Below, piece by piece: positions 51,861 to 62,610 of a DNA stretch of 63,998 nt. Position 1 is the stretch's first letter. Each line of letters starts with the position of its first letter. The notes below the pieces were generated by a model. That model made no database searches and was not told the origin of the DNA. It saw only the letters and a list, made by a program, of their open reading frames with translations. Position numbers and translations under genes: made by a program. The stretch comes from Octopus bimaculoides (taxonomy: Eukaryota): NCBI RefSeq assembly GCF_001194135.2, contig NC_068995.1:19617376-19681373 (forward strand), in the 5' to 3' direction.

Positions 51861-52574
51861 TGCGACAACAGGAATCCTGACTGAGCTGGAAGGAAGCAGA
51901 GACAAAGTCTAATGAACAAAGTCTCATGAACAAAGGCTCTGAACTTTTATGAGTGGCACTCCATTCGGTAAAGTTCCTAATACAGGCAGACCGAGCTCAA
52001 CCAACTCCTGTTGAGGTAAGTCACAGTTATCAACTTTCTCTCTATGTTTCAGAAGAGTAACTCTAGAGCATTTACATAAGAGAGTTATAGAGTATGTATA
52101 AGAACGGTAAACGCAGGGTGTGTTTGACAACCTGAAGAGTTCATTGTTAAAAACGATAGCTAAATACAAACAGGCTTCCCTAAATTGAGCGCTATGTCAG
52201 TTTTGTGGAAGTTTGACAGATGTTAATATGTTGAAAGTGATTTGAACGCTAGTGCATTTTGCAGCGACGAACTATCGAGTTTCTTCAATATTAATATCAT
52301 TGTGGTCTTCCATAGTTGAGCTTTTCTTCCATCTGCTTGAATTATTTCTTGAGGCAAATGAACTTTTTGTTTTTGAATGTTTGCACAGAGGCGATGTGAA
52401 ACAATATTCTAAGCATCTCGTCCATTTTGAAGGGCTGTAAAAGATCGAGCAAGTATTGGAAATGACCCAGAGAAGATTTACAAGTACGGATCGAAGAATA
52501 AACATGAGTGGAAAGAGATAGCGGGAAGATGATAGTCTTGGGATCCTAAAAGAAAAGCTTGAAGAGAACGAAAA

Positions 52575-53095
52575 TGATAATAATAAGGCAACAAAACAAA
52601 ATAACAACAAAAGCCACCACCACCATCATCACTGACAACAACAATAACAAAAACAACGGTGAGTTCTATAAAGGTGACGACAATAACAACAACAAAACCA
52701 TCTGTATTAATAAAAGCAACCATAAAATTATCAGCAGCAGCAACAACAACAATAATATCATCCTCAACAAAACTAACACGATTCTAAAAACATTAACAAC
52801 AGAAACTAATATCATCACAACCAACACTATCACCACCACTACCACCACCACCACAACAACAACAACAATAGCAACAGCAACAACAAGTACAATAAAATCA
52901 CCAACGCTGGGTTTGCCCTCCAAACTACCAACAATAATAGCAACAACAACGATGACCATCGTTGTGGTAACATAACTTCTTCGCTATCATCACCAACGAA
53001 GAGACGTGCAACAACAAAAGCAAAAACAAAAACTGCAGTAGCGACAACAACAACAACAACAAAAGAACAACAGCGGCAGTAACAGCAACAACAAT
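52575..53095. repeat. Degenerate (AAC)n/(ACC)n trinucleotide low-complexity tract
   Basis: Directly visible; source of T/N-rich ORFs. Confidence 0.85.
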
Positions 53096-53529
53096 GAGTA
53101 GAAAAGGTGATAACGGTAACGAGGATGGCGGCTAAATAACGGAATCTAATGGAAGTGGTAGATGTACGGCGGTGACAAGAATGGAGGAGTTAATTTCATT
53201 GAGAGTTTTATAAATGGAAGCTGGAAAAAATAGAAAGCCTTCAGTGAAGTATATGTTTAATGGCATGTGTGTTGCCGTGAGAGATTTGGGAGCGAATAAA
53301 GTGTATTCTTGAATAGGGTTGTGAATAAAACGAACACTAGCGTTTATTATGGAAACAAGTGTGATACTAAAGCCGGGAGCATATGTTTAAAATATGTTGT
53401 TGTGTTAGCGGTATATGTGTATGCATATATGCGTGGTGTGACAGTAGGAATCATGTATGCGTCTATGTACATTTGTATATCTATGTTTGAATGAATAGTT
53501 GTAAATATTTATGCGTGGGCTTTGTATGC

Positions 53530-53643
<114 letters not shown>

Positions 53644-53874
53644 TTGTTTGAGAGTGCGTGCGTGTTTGTGTGCATGTGTATGATATGCGACTAGAATTGG
53701 TAAACGAAACGAGAATGGAAGAGAAAAGAAATAATATGGGAAAATAGTGTTTAAAATAAGAGAGTAAAACAGAGGAATATACAGATGGATAAGTGGATCG
53801 ATTGATGGATTGATGGACTGATCGAAGCATAATGGATAAAATGCAAATAATAAAGCCATGCACACACACGCACG

Positions 53875-53909
<35 letters not shown>

Positions 53910-54057
53910 ACGCACACATTCACACATGCACGTACACACATACGTGTATGCGCATGTGTACTAGATCTATCGTGTTATCGTAAAAATTCTAACTTTTTAA
54001 ATAATTCATTTAGTATTTATATAACATTATTTGATAATCTCCTACATCTAAGAATAT

Positions 54058-54452
54058 TGCTTTCAAATTTTGGTACAAGGCCAGAGATTTTGAAGCACGA
54101 CAATAAATAGCACGACACTGCTATTTATTTTATTGACCTTGAAAGGATGAAAGGCAAAGTCCATCTCGTCGGAATTTGAACTCAGAACATAAAGACGGTC
54201 GAAATACTGCTAGGCGTTATGCCGAGCACGGTAATGATTCTGCTAGCTACAAATTTTGGCACAAGGCCAGCAATTTCGGTGGAGGAAGTAAGTCGATTAC
54301 ATCGACTCCAGTGTTTAACTGTATTTATTTTATCGAACTCTAAAGGATGAACGGTAAAGTCGACTTCCGCGAAATTTGAACTCAGAAGGTAAAGGACAGA
54401 CGAGAAACCGCCAAGCCCTTTTCTCGGCGCGGTAACGAACCTGCCAGCCCAC
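54058..54452 (-). mobile_element. Two head-to-tail SINE family A copies (about 54058-54248 and 54250-54452)
   Basis: Each begins (+ strand) caaattttgg.acaaggccag and carries aaagtc.ac...gaatttgaactcagaa. Confidence 0.87.
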
Positions 54453-54509
54453 TATACTTGCACCTCTAAGGATATTAAAAACTATAAATATACATCTAAG
54501 CTATCCCTT

Positions 54510-57500
54510 TATTTAAGTTATTTTCTGAATAGTGTTTTTAGCTATATGTTGCAGTAATAAGAATGTATATAATCTTGCTCCTTTTCGACACTCCAGGGAA
54601 GTCATATATTTTAATATATGAGACAATTGTTAATCTAATTCAATTTTCAATTTGTCCTCATCATATATTTGTAATTTCCATTGCTAATTTAAGTGGAAAC
54701 ATTTCTTATTAATGTGAGTAGGAAACTGTCACCTCCAGAAAAACAATGACTCGCTGAATAAATACATTTACTAATGATGATGACCCTGAGTTATAATCTC
54801 GGTTTTAATGATTTCTGTTCCAGTGTCTTGAATAGATATTCGGACACCGGTATACATCTCATTTACTTGGTCAATTGTCCGTAGTAGGATTATTAATGCA
54901 TTATTCTTTAATTTACATCTGTGTAATAGGAAGCTGATACATTTAGGGTATTTAAATATTCTGTTGCAAATCGGAAAGGGTCAACTTGATCTGAAAGTTT
55001 ATCATACCTAAACAATGTTGTTCCACCTCCTAGAAATTGGTTCGATATCTCCTCATGAACAAAATTTGAAACTAAAATTATTTCCAGTCTGCACAAATGC
55101 ATTTCTGTATAAAATCTATATTAAAAACTGAGGTCCAATAGCTCAGCAACGATGTAGCATGCTTCTAGGAATTAAATTTCTGTATTCCTTTCTCCAGGTC
55201 TCGTGCCACTTCTTCCTCTGAGTTCTTAATTTCCTAATTGCTCATTTTGCCCCTCTGAATTTTTCAGGCAATAATTTTAGTCAAATGTTTTCCGTTGATT
55301 CTATTTCTTCTAATATCTCCATTAAGCTGATTTATTAAAATTGACTTTGATAATCATTGTTCAACTGCTACGTTTGATTTACTGCAAAGATTCTTCTAAC
55401 CACCAAAATTCAAAACTTCCCTTCCAAAAGAAACTGGTTCAACACGGAGATCACCATATTTCATAAGATTTCTTTAACTCTGATCAATAATTCAAGAATA
55501 AAACTATGACCCATAAGTAGATCATGCCTAAACTTAACTTATTAACAGTTTTAATGCTATAACCAGCTATCAATTATGAGAATTGGATAAAATACAACAC
55601 GGTATTTGTTCCAGCTCTCTATGAGCTATGTTCAAATGTCACCGAGAACAACTTCGTCTTCCATTTCATACATTCAGTATTAAAAAATGTAGCAATCCAG
55701 AAATGTGGATTAATGAAACTATCAGAGTATTAGACAAGTTGCATTGTAGTGGCGCTTAACGATATGTCAGTAATGTCTACTACGACAGTGGTGCTAAGTT
55801 GTAGGAGCAATAACGCAGATCCTTTACCCTGGATAATATCAGTTGCGTGAAGAGGACAGACTTGTTTGCTAGTCTCTCACAAAAACCTGACCACAGTCTG
55901 CACTCAAAGAAACAGACACCTAACTAAATGTGCCTGTCTACTACTGTGATATTACAGTCACACCATTAAGTGAATTGAATGGTTTATCCCTTCTAATGAA
56001 GATAGCAAACTTAATTACAGCAGATGAGATGCATTATGTTACAATGTTTCTATCGGTGAGAACATATTTTAGAATGACAATATACAGAAAAATTCCCTGC
56101 ACCCTTCAGATCTATCAATAAAAACAGGCATAAGATTTTATTAATACATCATTACTAAGGCCTTAAGAACTGTCTGTTAACACATATTCCATTTGACTAC
56201 AATTTCATTTTTTTTTAATAAATTAAAACAGCACGTTTTTTCATTCGCTTTACACCTTGGAAAATATTGAAGAACTAATCTATTTTCTCTGCCATTGCTC
56301 ACATTAGGCAAGTTAGGCGTTGTAATAGATAATTATATGCATAATTATACAAAATGGAATCATTTTCTCATAAAATAAGCCGTGCATTCGCATAATATGT
56401 TGTACAAAATCAGTGATTTCAGTTATCCTTAACAGATTCGTTTAATCGTCCGAATGTTCTTTTTTCGAATGCATTAAATAATTTCTCAAGTTCTTCAAAT
56501 TTTAACAAAGTACAAATGAAGACAAAAGTCTACGTAGTTGATGTTGTCGTGTACAAACAACTGAATATTGTATTGCCTGATACTGTTGTACAAAATCCAT
56601 TTTGATCGCAACTTCTTTGAACACGCAAACTGCACTATTAATGATTCGCATATGTAACTTCTGCAACATGATTCCATATATTTCTTACATAGAAACGCCC
56701 CTTATCTTTTGGAGAAACAAAATATATAGCTCAAATGTAGTGGATGCTAGCTTTCCTCTTATTCCACATTTTCTAGCTTATATCTGATGCAGAATTCTCC
56801 AGAAAATTAGAACAACAAATATACGTGTTTAGAAGAGGAAGTTGATTTATGATTAATTTTCATATAAATTAAAATTAGACAGGTGGATGTTAGCCAAGGA
56901 GTTTAACCCCAGCATTGTCCAAAACGCTTATAATGTTAAAAGAGAGCTATCATCTACACTATAGATTCCACTTGTTTAGCTAGGGCCGTATTTTTTCTGT
57001 GAACGTCTCTATTACCTGACCAAAATTATTATGAAAATATTCATTTATATGTTTTACCGTATGTAATTTTTAATTACAATGATCACCGTAAACACCAAAA
57101 TGCAGAAAACGCGCGTTTGAATTTTGAATTTTGATCAATTATCTCATCCCAATATGGATAAATTAGCATTGTTGACTGTAGTTTCTCTGTAACTTTTACG
57201 GCGATATTGATTTCGAGATTTATCATCAAGCATGCAGATCATGCCACGTACGTTCTATAATAAACTTAGTTTCGTTTGCGTTTCTGGGTTCGATACCCCT
57301 GGTGATACAGATCTGTTGTATTCATCGGTATGTGAACCATTATAATTATTTTTTATATGATTCAATGTAACTTAAACAAAAATCTCCCTTTTCGGTACAT
57401 CATTTTAAAATCTCTCTCCAGTGTTCGAAGGTAATGAGAAGATGATTGCTTCAAAGTACAGGCATCCATCGATAAGCAAGGATTTTACACCTTTTGTCTA

Positions 57501-58850
57501 CAGCGAAAATATTTTACTATGACAGAATTCAGTGAATGGTATCATTAAGGGTTCGTATATGCCTCAAGCACATATGAATGGTAACAAATTTCTTGCATGT
57601 ATTTATATTAGGCAGTACCGTAGTATACAATAAAATTCGAATAAACACATGTTGACCTCAACACAAGTGCTGCTGACAATATATGAAAAGTATATTTCAT
57701 GGTTTTCTATGGACTTCCAATAATCTTACAGTTATCAAAATGACCACTGAATTTCCACGGATACTGCTAGTTTATAATAATCCATTTATGTACGTTTCGT
57801 AGTTTGTCTCAAATCGGCACATGTCAAGTCAACTTTCCATTTTCGATAACCAAATGAGAGTGGCAATGGAAAGTGTAGCGGGTGATAACTTGATTGTTTT
57901 GAGATGATGCATTTTCTACGACACCTCTTTTATAGATTATGAGTCGTTCCGTAACTTATGCAATGGACCGATTGTATCTTTTGATATCAAATGTAGGAGC
58001 TTCTTTATTTTCAGGAATAACCACTGAAAATTATTGAATATTAACAGAAGCCAAGTATTCTTTGCTATCATCATGAAATAGAGTGGCAATCTGATTACAT
58101 CAGAATATCATTGCTTGAAGTGATCCCATGACAGTTCTGTCGGCTGTGTTTACTGTTTACATCTTTCGATCCATTTGATATGGTGTATCATAAATGTATA
58201 TTTGAGAAGATCGCGGTTGTTGATTTTCAGAGAAAATTAAATTTGAAGTAAATCGATGAAACAGTCGACCATGCATTTTATGAGTATACACACCATTTCT
58301 ATTTGAATTGTCCTCTTTTAGTGCCTCTTCTGACGTTGTAAAAGCTAAAGCCGAGTTACAAGCTTTAATCTTTGATCTGAAGTTCATATCCTTTACATTA
58401 GTTAAAGGTAAAAGTTCTTTCAAGTCTATAGGTGGATCGGGAATAGATGGTAGTACCATCAGTCCATTATCACAAAATATATTGAGCTTAGGATTTGTTT
58501 TGGGCTGAATGAAATCCTTTCCTTTACTTACATCTTTACAGCACATTTAGAACCTTAAGCTTTCTTTATTTCCAAAATAGCTGCTATACATGCTTGTTTC
58601 TTCAAATTCATCAATTTTCTTATGCCTTTTGTGTTTGAAGTAGCCAACCTAGCTATTTTGGTTCTTTTCAACTACAAAAGAACCCTACTGGCTTTTCTTC
58701 CTTCCTGTTTGAAGATTTGAAGTAACTTTGCATTAGTGGTTTTTTTGTTTGTTATTTTCTTGTGTTAGTTAATTTTTTATCTGTAGTTTCACGTACCTTT
58801 TCTTTAGCCATTCTTCTATTATTACTTGCTTTATAATCTTTGTTGTAAAA
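54510..58850 (-). mobile_element. Fossil Helitron Rep/Pif1-helicase gene
   Basis: Motifs in the expected order on the minus strand. N-terminal basic repeat RRMAKEKVRETT (~58800). CDNGLMVLPSIPDPP..LKELL...NFRSKIKACNSALAFT...HGRLFHRF...ENQQPRSSQIYIYDT (58157-58546). SYHPLHFPLPLSFG (~57860). PVFIDRSEG (degenerate Walker A, ~56110). DLRVEPVSFGREVLNFGG (~55420). FATEYLNTLNVS..LHRCKLKNNALIILLRTID (~54880-54970). MFPLKLAMEITNI**GQ (~54680). Confidence 0.85.
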
Positions 58851-58949
58851 TTTGTGAGCTGTCGTTAGATAAGATGGCGTCCCTTTCACTGGATAATACT
58901 GGTGTTTTATTTGCAATATATTTTGGAGTTGTGAGAACGAAACTTTTTC

Positions 58950-59500
58950 CCAATTACAAATGATCTCTCGTATGCCACAAGGTTCAGTTTTCCCTCCACT
59001 CTTTTCTTTCTGTACATCAATCAGTGCCACATCCTTCCTCGACGACCATATCCATTTATCATTCATCCGCAACCTTGACACCATACGCCATATCTATAGT
59101 AGAATACCTCACGAGCAACCCCTTGTAGGGTTATACCATTCTTATATCTTTTAACAGAAAAAAAAGACAAAAGCACTGTTTATATCAGCAGAACACCATA
59201 ACAAAAACAGCAAAATGCTAGACTTCACTTTCACTGAAAATCTCACCTGGAGAAAGCACATCCTTTATATAGCAGGGACAAAATATATTTCAGCTCTCTA
59301 AGATTACTCGCGCTACACAAAACTCAAGTTAGACCTACGTATGGAATATTACTCCAGCATGTGTTACAGTGATGCTACTATGCATACAGACATTCTGTCA
59401 GCATCCAGAAAAGGATCACTCGACTGAATGACATTAAATCGCTTACATACTCACTTTAGCATTTCGTCTACAGTCATATCGTTTTTTCACTTTGTCTTTA
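58950..59500 (+). pseudogene. Decayed Jockey/CR1-group LINE RT and post-RT fragment
   Basis: MPQGSVFPPLF..LYIN..SFLDD; KMLDFTFTENLTWRKHILYIA; LLALHKTQVRP; IQKRITRL. These match 'PQGSVL.P.LF.LYIND', 'L.W..HI..IA', 'LY.AQIRP.lEY' and 'IQKRAIRL'. Confidence 0.65.
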
Positions 59501-59519
59501 CTTTTGAAGTTGAGATCCA

Positions 59520-59637
59520 CCAGAAGTTATCCTTTCGGAGGTCAATAAACAAAACTACCTAAGTAGCACTGGTATAAACTAAGCATCTTTCTTCAAAGAT
59601 GCTGAACTTGTGCCATAATTAGAGACCATCATTATAA
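59520..59637 (+). mobile_element. SINE family A 3' half ending in an (ATT)n tail
   Basis: tcctttcggaggtcaataa...gcactgg...gaacttgtgcc.taattagagaccatcatt. Confidence 0.6.
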
Positions 59638-59676
<39 letters not shown>

Positions 59677-59844
59677 GCCTCAGCTTCTAACGCTGGAGAT
59701 GTACTACAGTGTCAGCTGTTCACTACCAGTGAATTAAGGCGACACCTCTTGTTTTTCGAGCACCTTCCGGAGTGTTCAAACGGTTCCAAGTAGTGCTGTT
59801 TTCTGCAAGTAATCCACCCTTTTTGCAGCCACTATTTGTTCCAC

Positions 59845-59846
<2 letters not shown>
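59677..59846 (-). mobile_element. 170-bp 3' end of a Dong/R4-type LINE embedded in (TAA)n
   Basis: Minus strand gives YLQKTALLGTV*TLRKVL (conserved R4/Dong C-terminal LQK.ALLGTA.ILRKVL) plus a short UTR. (ATT)n arrays on both sides (59638-59676, 59847-59916). Confidence 0.8.
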
Positions 59847-59899
<53 letters not shown>

Positions 59900-59957
59900 C
59901 ATTATTATTATTATTATCATCATCATCATCATCATCATCACCATCAACATCATCAAA

Positions 59958-61400
59958 GTCGGTGAGCTGGCAGAGACCTTAGCGCGCTGAACGAAATGCT
60001 AACCGGTGTTTCGTCCGTCTTTACGTTCTGAGTTCAAATTCAGCCGAAGTTGACTTTATCTTTCATTCTTTTGCGTCGATAAATTTAGTACCAATCAGTG
60101 CTTAGGTCCATGTAATCGACTAGTAGCCTCCACCCAAATTTCAGACCTTGTGCCTAGAGTAGAAAGGATAATTATTAATATTATTTGAGATGAAATTCCA
60201 CCGAAATCGATTTTGTCATTCACCCTTTCGGTCTCGATAAAATAAATGCCAGTTGAACACTGGGGTCGTTGTAATCGTTTCATCCCTTCTCCCAAAATTG
60301 CTGCCTTTGTGGCAAAATTTGAAACCATTATTAACGTTACGGTGAGCTGATAAAATGGTCAGCACGCCGGGCAAAATACTTCGCAATATTTCGTCCGTCA
60401 TAGGTTCTGAACTCAAATTTTGCTTAGGCCGTCTTTGCCTTTCATCTTTATGGGGGAGGGTCAATAAAATAAGCAAACATAAAATATGGGGTTGATGTAT
60501 TCAAAGAAACCCTTCACTAAACTGTAGTCCTTGGACCTATAACAGAAAGGATTATTAGTGTTATTATTACCTCCGCCTTCGCCAAGGCGGAGGTATTGTT
60601 TTCAGTCGTGTTTGTTTGTCCGTGGACAAGATATCTCAAGAACCTCCGGATGGATTACAATGAAACTTTCAGAGATGTTTGGCCTTGTGACTGGCACGAA
60701 CTGATTAGATTTTGGGATCGATCTGGTATAAGGATAGCATTCTGGGTTATTTTTTATGTTTTTTTACTTAAATTTTGAGAGCGGTCGGGTTAAATTTTAG
60801 TATTCTCGTTTGTGAGAGCAATCGAATTTATTTCAGATATTCTCATCTTAAAAATCACATCTTCCTAATCGTTGAGAGGACGTTGGCGTTGCCTTGGTGA
60901 AGGTCTGTGCTCTCTGAGCGCTCTTGTTGCTTTTATTATTAGGGTAGTGAGCAAGGTGGCGAGCGGACAGAATCGTAAGCACGCTGAACGAAATGTTCAG
61001 CGTTATTTCACCCGTCGCTACATTCTGAGTTCAAATTCAACCGAGGTCGACTTTGCCTTTCATCCTTTCGAGGTCAATAAAATAAGTACCAGTTGGACAC
61101 TGGGGTCAATGTAATCGACTCATTCCCACCTCCCCCAAGCTGCCCTTGAGGCAAAAATTTGAAATAATTATTACTGTAGTGAGATGCAACAGCATCGCTA
61201 GATTGTTGGGAAAATGATTTGAGGTATTTCTTTTGCTTCTTTGCGTTCTGATTTCAAATCCTACCAAAGTGAGCTTTTAATTTCATCCCTTCACGCTCGG
61301 TAAAACAAACGCAGTAAGTCAAGTGCGGGACGGATGTAATAAAGTGGTCCCCTTTACCTAAAATTGCTCGTCTAATGTCAGAGTTTGCTATTTTATTATT
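59958..61400 (+). mobile_element. Same-strand array of SINE family A copies (about 59958-60175, 60190-60332, 60338-60560, 60955-61172, 61180-61400)
   Basis: Repeated ggtgagctgg head, ctgagttcaaatt B-box region and gactttgcctttcatc core; each copy ends in short attatt tails. Confidence 0.85.
60564..60928 (+). mobile_element. Non-autonomous Helentron-type element (HINE/DINE-1-like)
   Basis: 5' tta-ttacctccgcc with a perfect 12-bp stem tacctccgcctt-cgcc-aaggcggaggta (60568-60595), gtttgtttgtccgt tract, then atatctcaagaac...atgaaactt. 3' subTIR copy ttggtgaaggt, gtgctc-tct-gagcgc hairpin and TT end. Confidence 0.72.
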
Positions 61401-61445
61401 ATCCAACTAATGTTATTACAATGAATATTGTGAACCAGGTATACT

Positions 61446-62030
61446 GCGGCGAGCTGGCACAACTCTTCGAGGAAAATGCTTAATGGCATTTCGTCTGTCT
61501 TTACGTTCTGAGTTCAAATTCTGCCGAGGTCCACTTTACCTATCCTCTATTAGTGAGTAGTGGAGGCGCAATGGCCCAGTGGCCCAGTGGTTAGGGCAGC
61601 GGACTCGCGGTCATAGGATCGTGGTTTCGATTCCCAGACCGGGCGTTGTGAGTGTTTATTGAGCGAAAACACCTAAAGCTCCACGAGGCTCCAGCAGGGG
61701 ATGGTGGCGAACCCTGCTGTACTCTTTCACCACAACTTTCTCTCACTCTTACTTCCTGTTTCTGTTGTGCCTGTAATTCAAAGGGTCAGCCATGTCACAC
61801 TGTGTCACCCTGAATATCCCCGAGAACTACGTTAAGGGTGCACGTGTCTGTGGAGTGCTCAGCCACTTGCACATTAATTTCACGAGCAGGCTGTTTCATT
61901 GATCGGATCAACTGGAACCCTCGACGTCGTAAGCGACGGAGTGCCAACATTAGTCGAGTACTGTGGTTGATGTAACCGACTAACAACTTCTCCCACAATT
62001 GCTGGCCTAGGGCCAAAATTTGGAATCAAT
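61446..62030 (+). mobile_element. SINE family A copy interrupted by a nested SINE
   Basis: 5' half 61446-61554; 3' half resumes at 61949 (cgagtactgtggttgatgtaaccgact...ggcctagggccaaaatttggaatcaat). Confidence 0.8.
61555..61948 (+). mobile_element. Young-looking tRNA-derived SINE (family D), nested in family A
   Basis: tRNA-like head with A box TGGCCCAGTGG and B box GGTTTCGATTCC, core ttgtgagtgtttattgagcgaaaacacctaaagctccac, flanked by attagt(c)gagta direct repeats. Confidence 0.88.
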
Positions 62031-62399
62031 AGTGAATCAGGTGATGCCAGTAGCAACATATGTGTGTGCGTGTCTGTGAGCGTTTTGATCATTGTGCTTT
62101 GATTATTTTGGTCATAAAATGACTAAAGAAATCATGAATTTCTTACTCAACATTATCAAAAGAGAACTTGTATTTGTTATGCTGTTTACTAAAAATATAA
62201 TAATAAAATAATTGCTTTTGGCTAAATTGAAGAACATATATGACGTTTACGAGAAATTTTTTTTTTATTATTTTTCCTACCCTTCCACATTCGATTTAAT
62301 TTCTAACTCTCTTACTCTTCGCCTTTTTGTAACTTTTCCTCTTGCTCTTTTTCGTGATGTTCTATTTCCTTATGCCACTCTCTCTTAATTTCTTGTTAT

Positions 62400-62489
62400 C
62401 TTTCTCTCGCTCTCTCTCTCTCTCTCCCTCTATCTGTCTATCAACCTAGGTAGCTATCTATCTTATACAGAGTTCCGCACATTTTTCCA

Positions 62490-62526
<37 letters not shown>

Positions 62527-62542
62527 ATCTCTNNNNNNNNNN

Positions 62543-62603
<61 letters not shown>

Positions 62604-62610
62604 TCTCTCT
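62400..62610. repeat. (CT)n microsatellites around gap 62533-62542
   Basis: Directly visible. Confidence 0.93.

Noticed and set aside
52015-52055. Adjacent gtaagt donor and pyrimidine-rich ttcag acceptor
   Set aside because: Only about 38 nt apart with no coding context on either side.
52440-52560. LEMTQRRFT, reminiscent of the CR1 LE.VQRRAT motif
   Set aside because: Too short and unsupported by neighbouring motifs.
61561-61645. tRNA gene
   Set aside because: The A and B boxes are present, but the sequence continues into a SINE body with TSDs and the cloverleaf is disrupted by a duplication.
59958-62030. CRISPR-like or satellite interpretation of the repeated ~200-bp units
   Set aside because: The units are diverged dispersed SINE copies also found singly elsewhere in the window, with no repeat-spacer regularity and a eukaryotic context.
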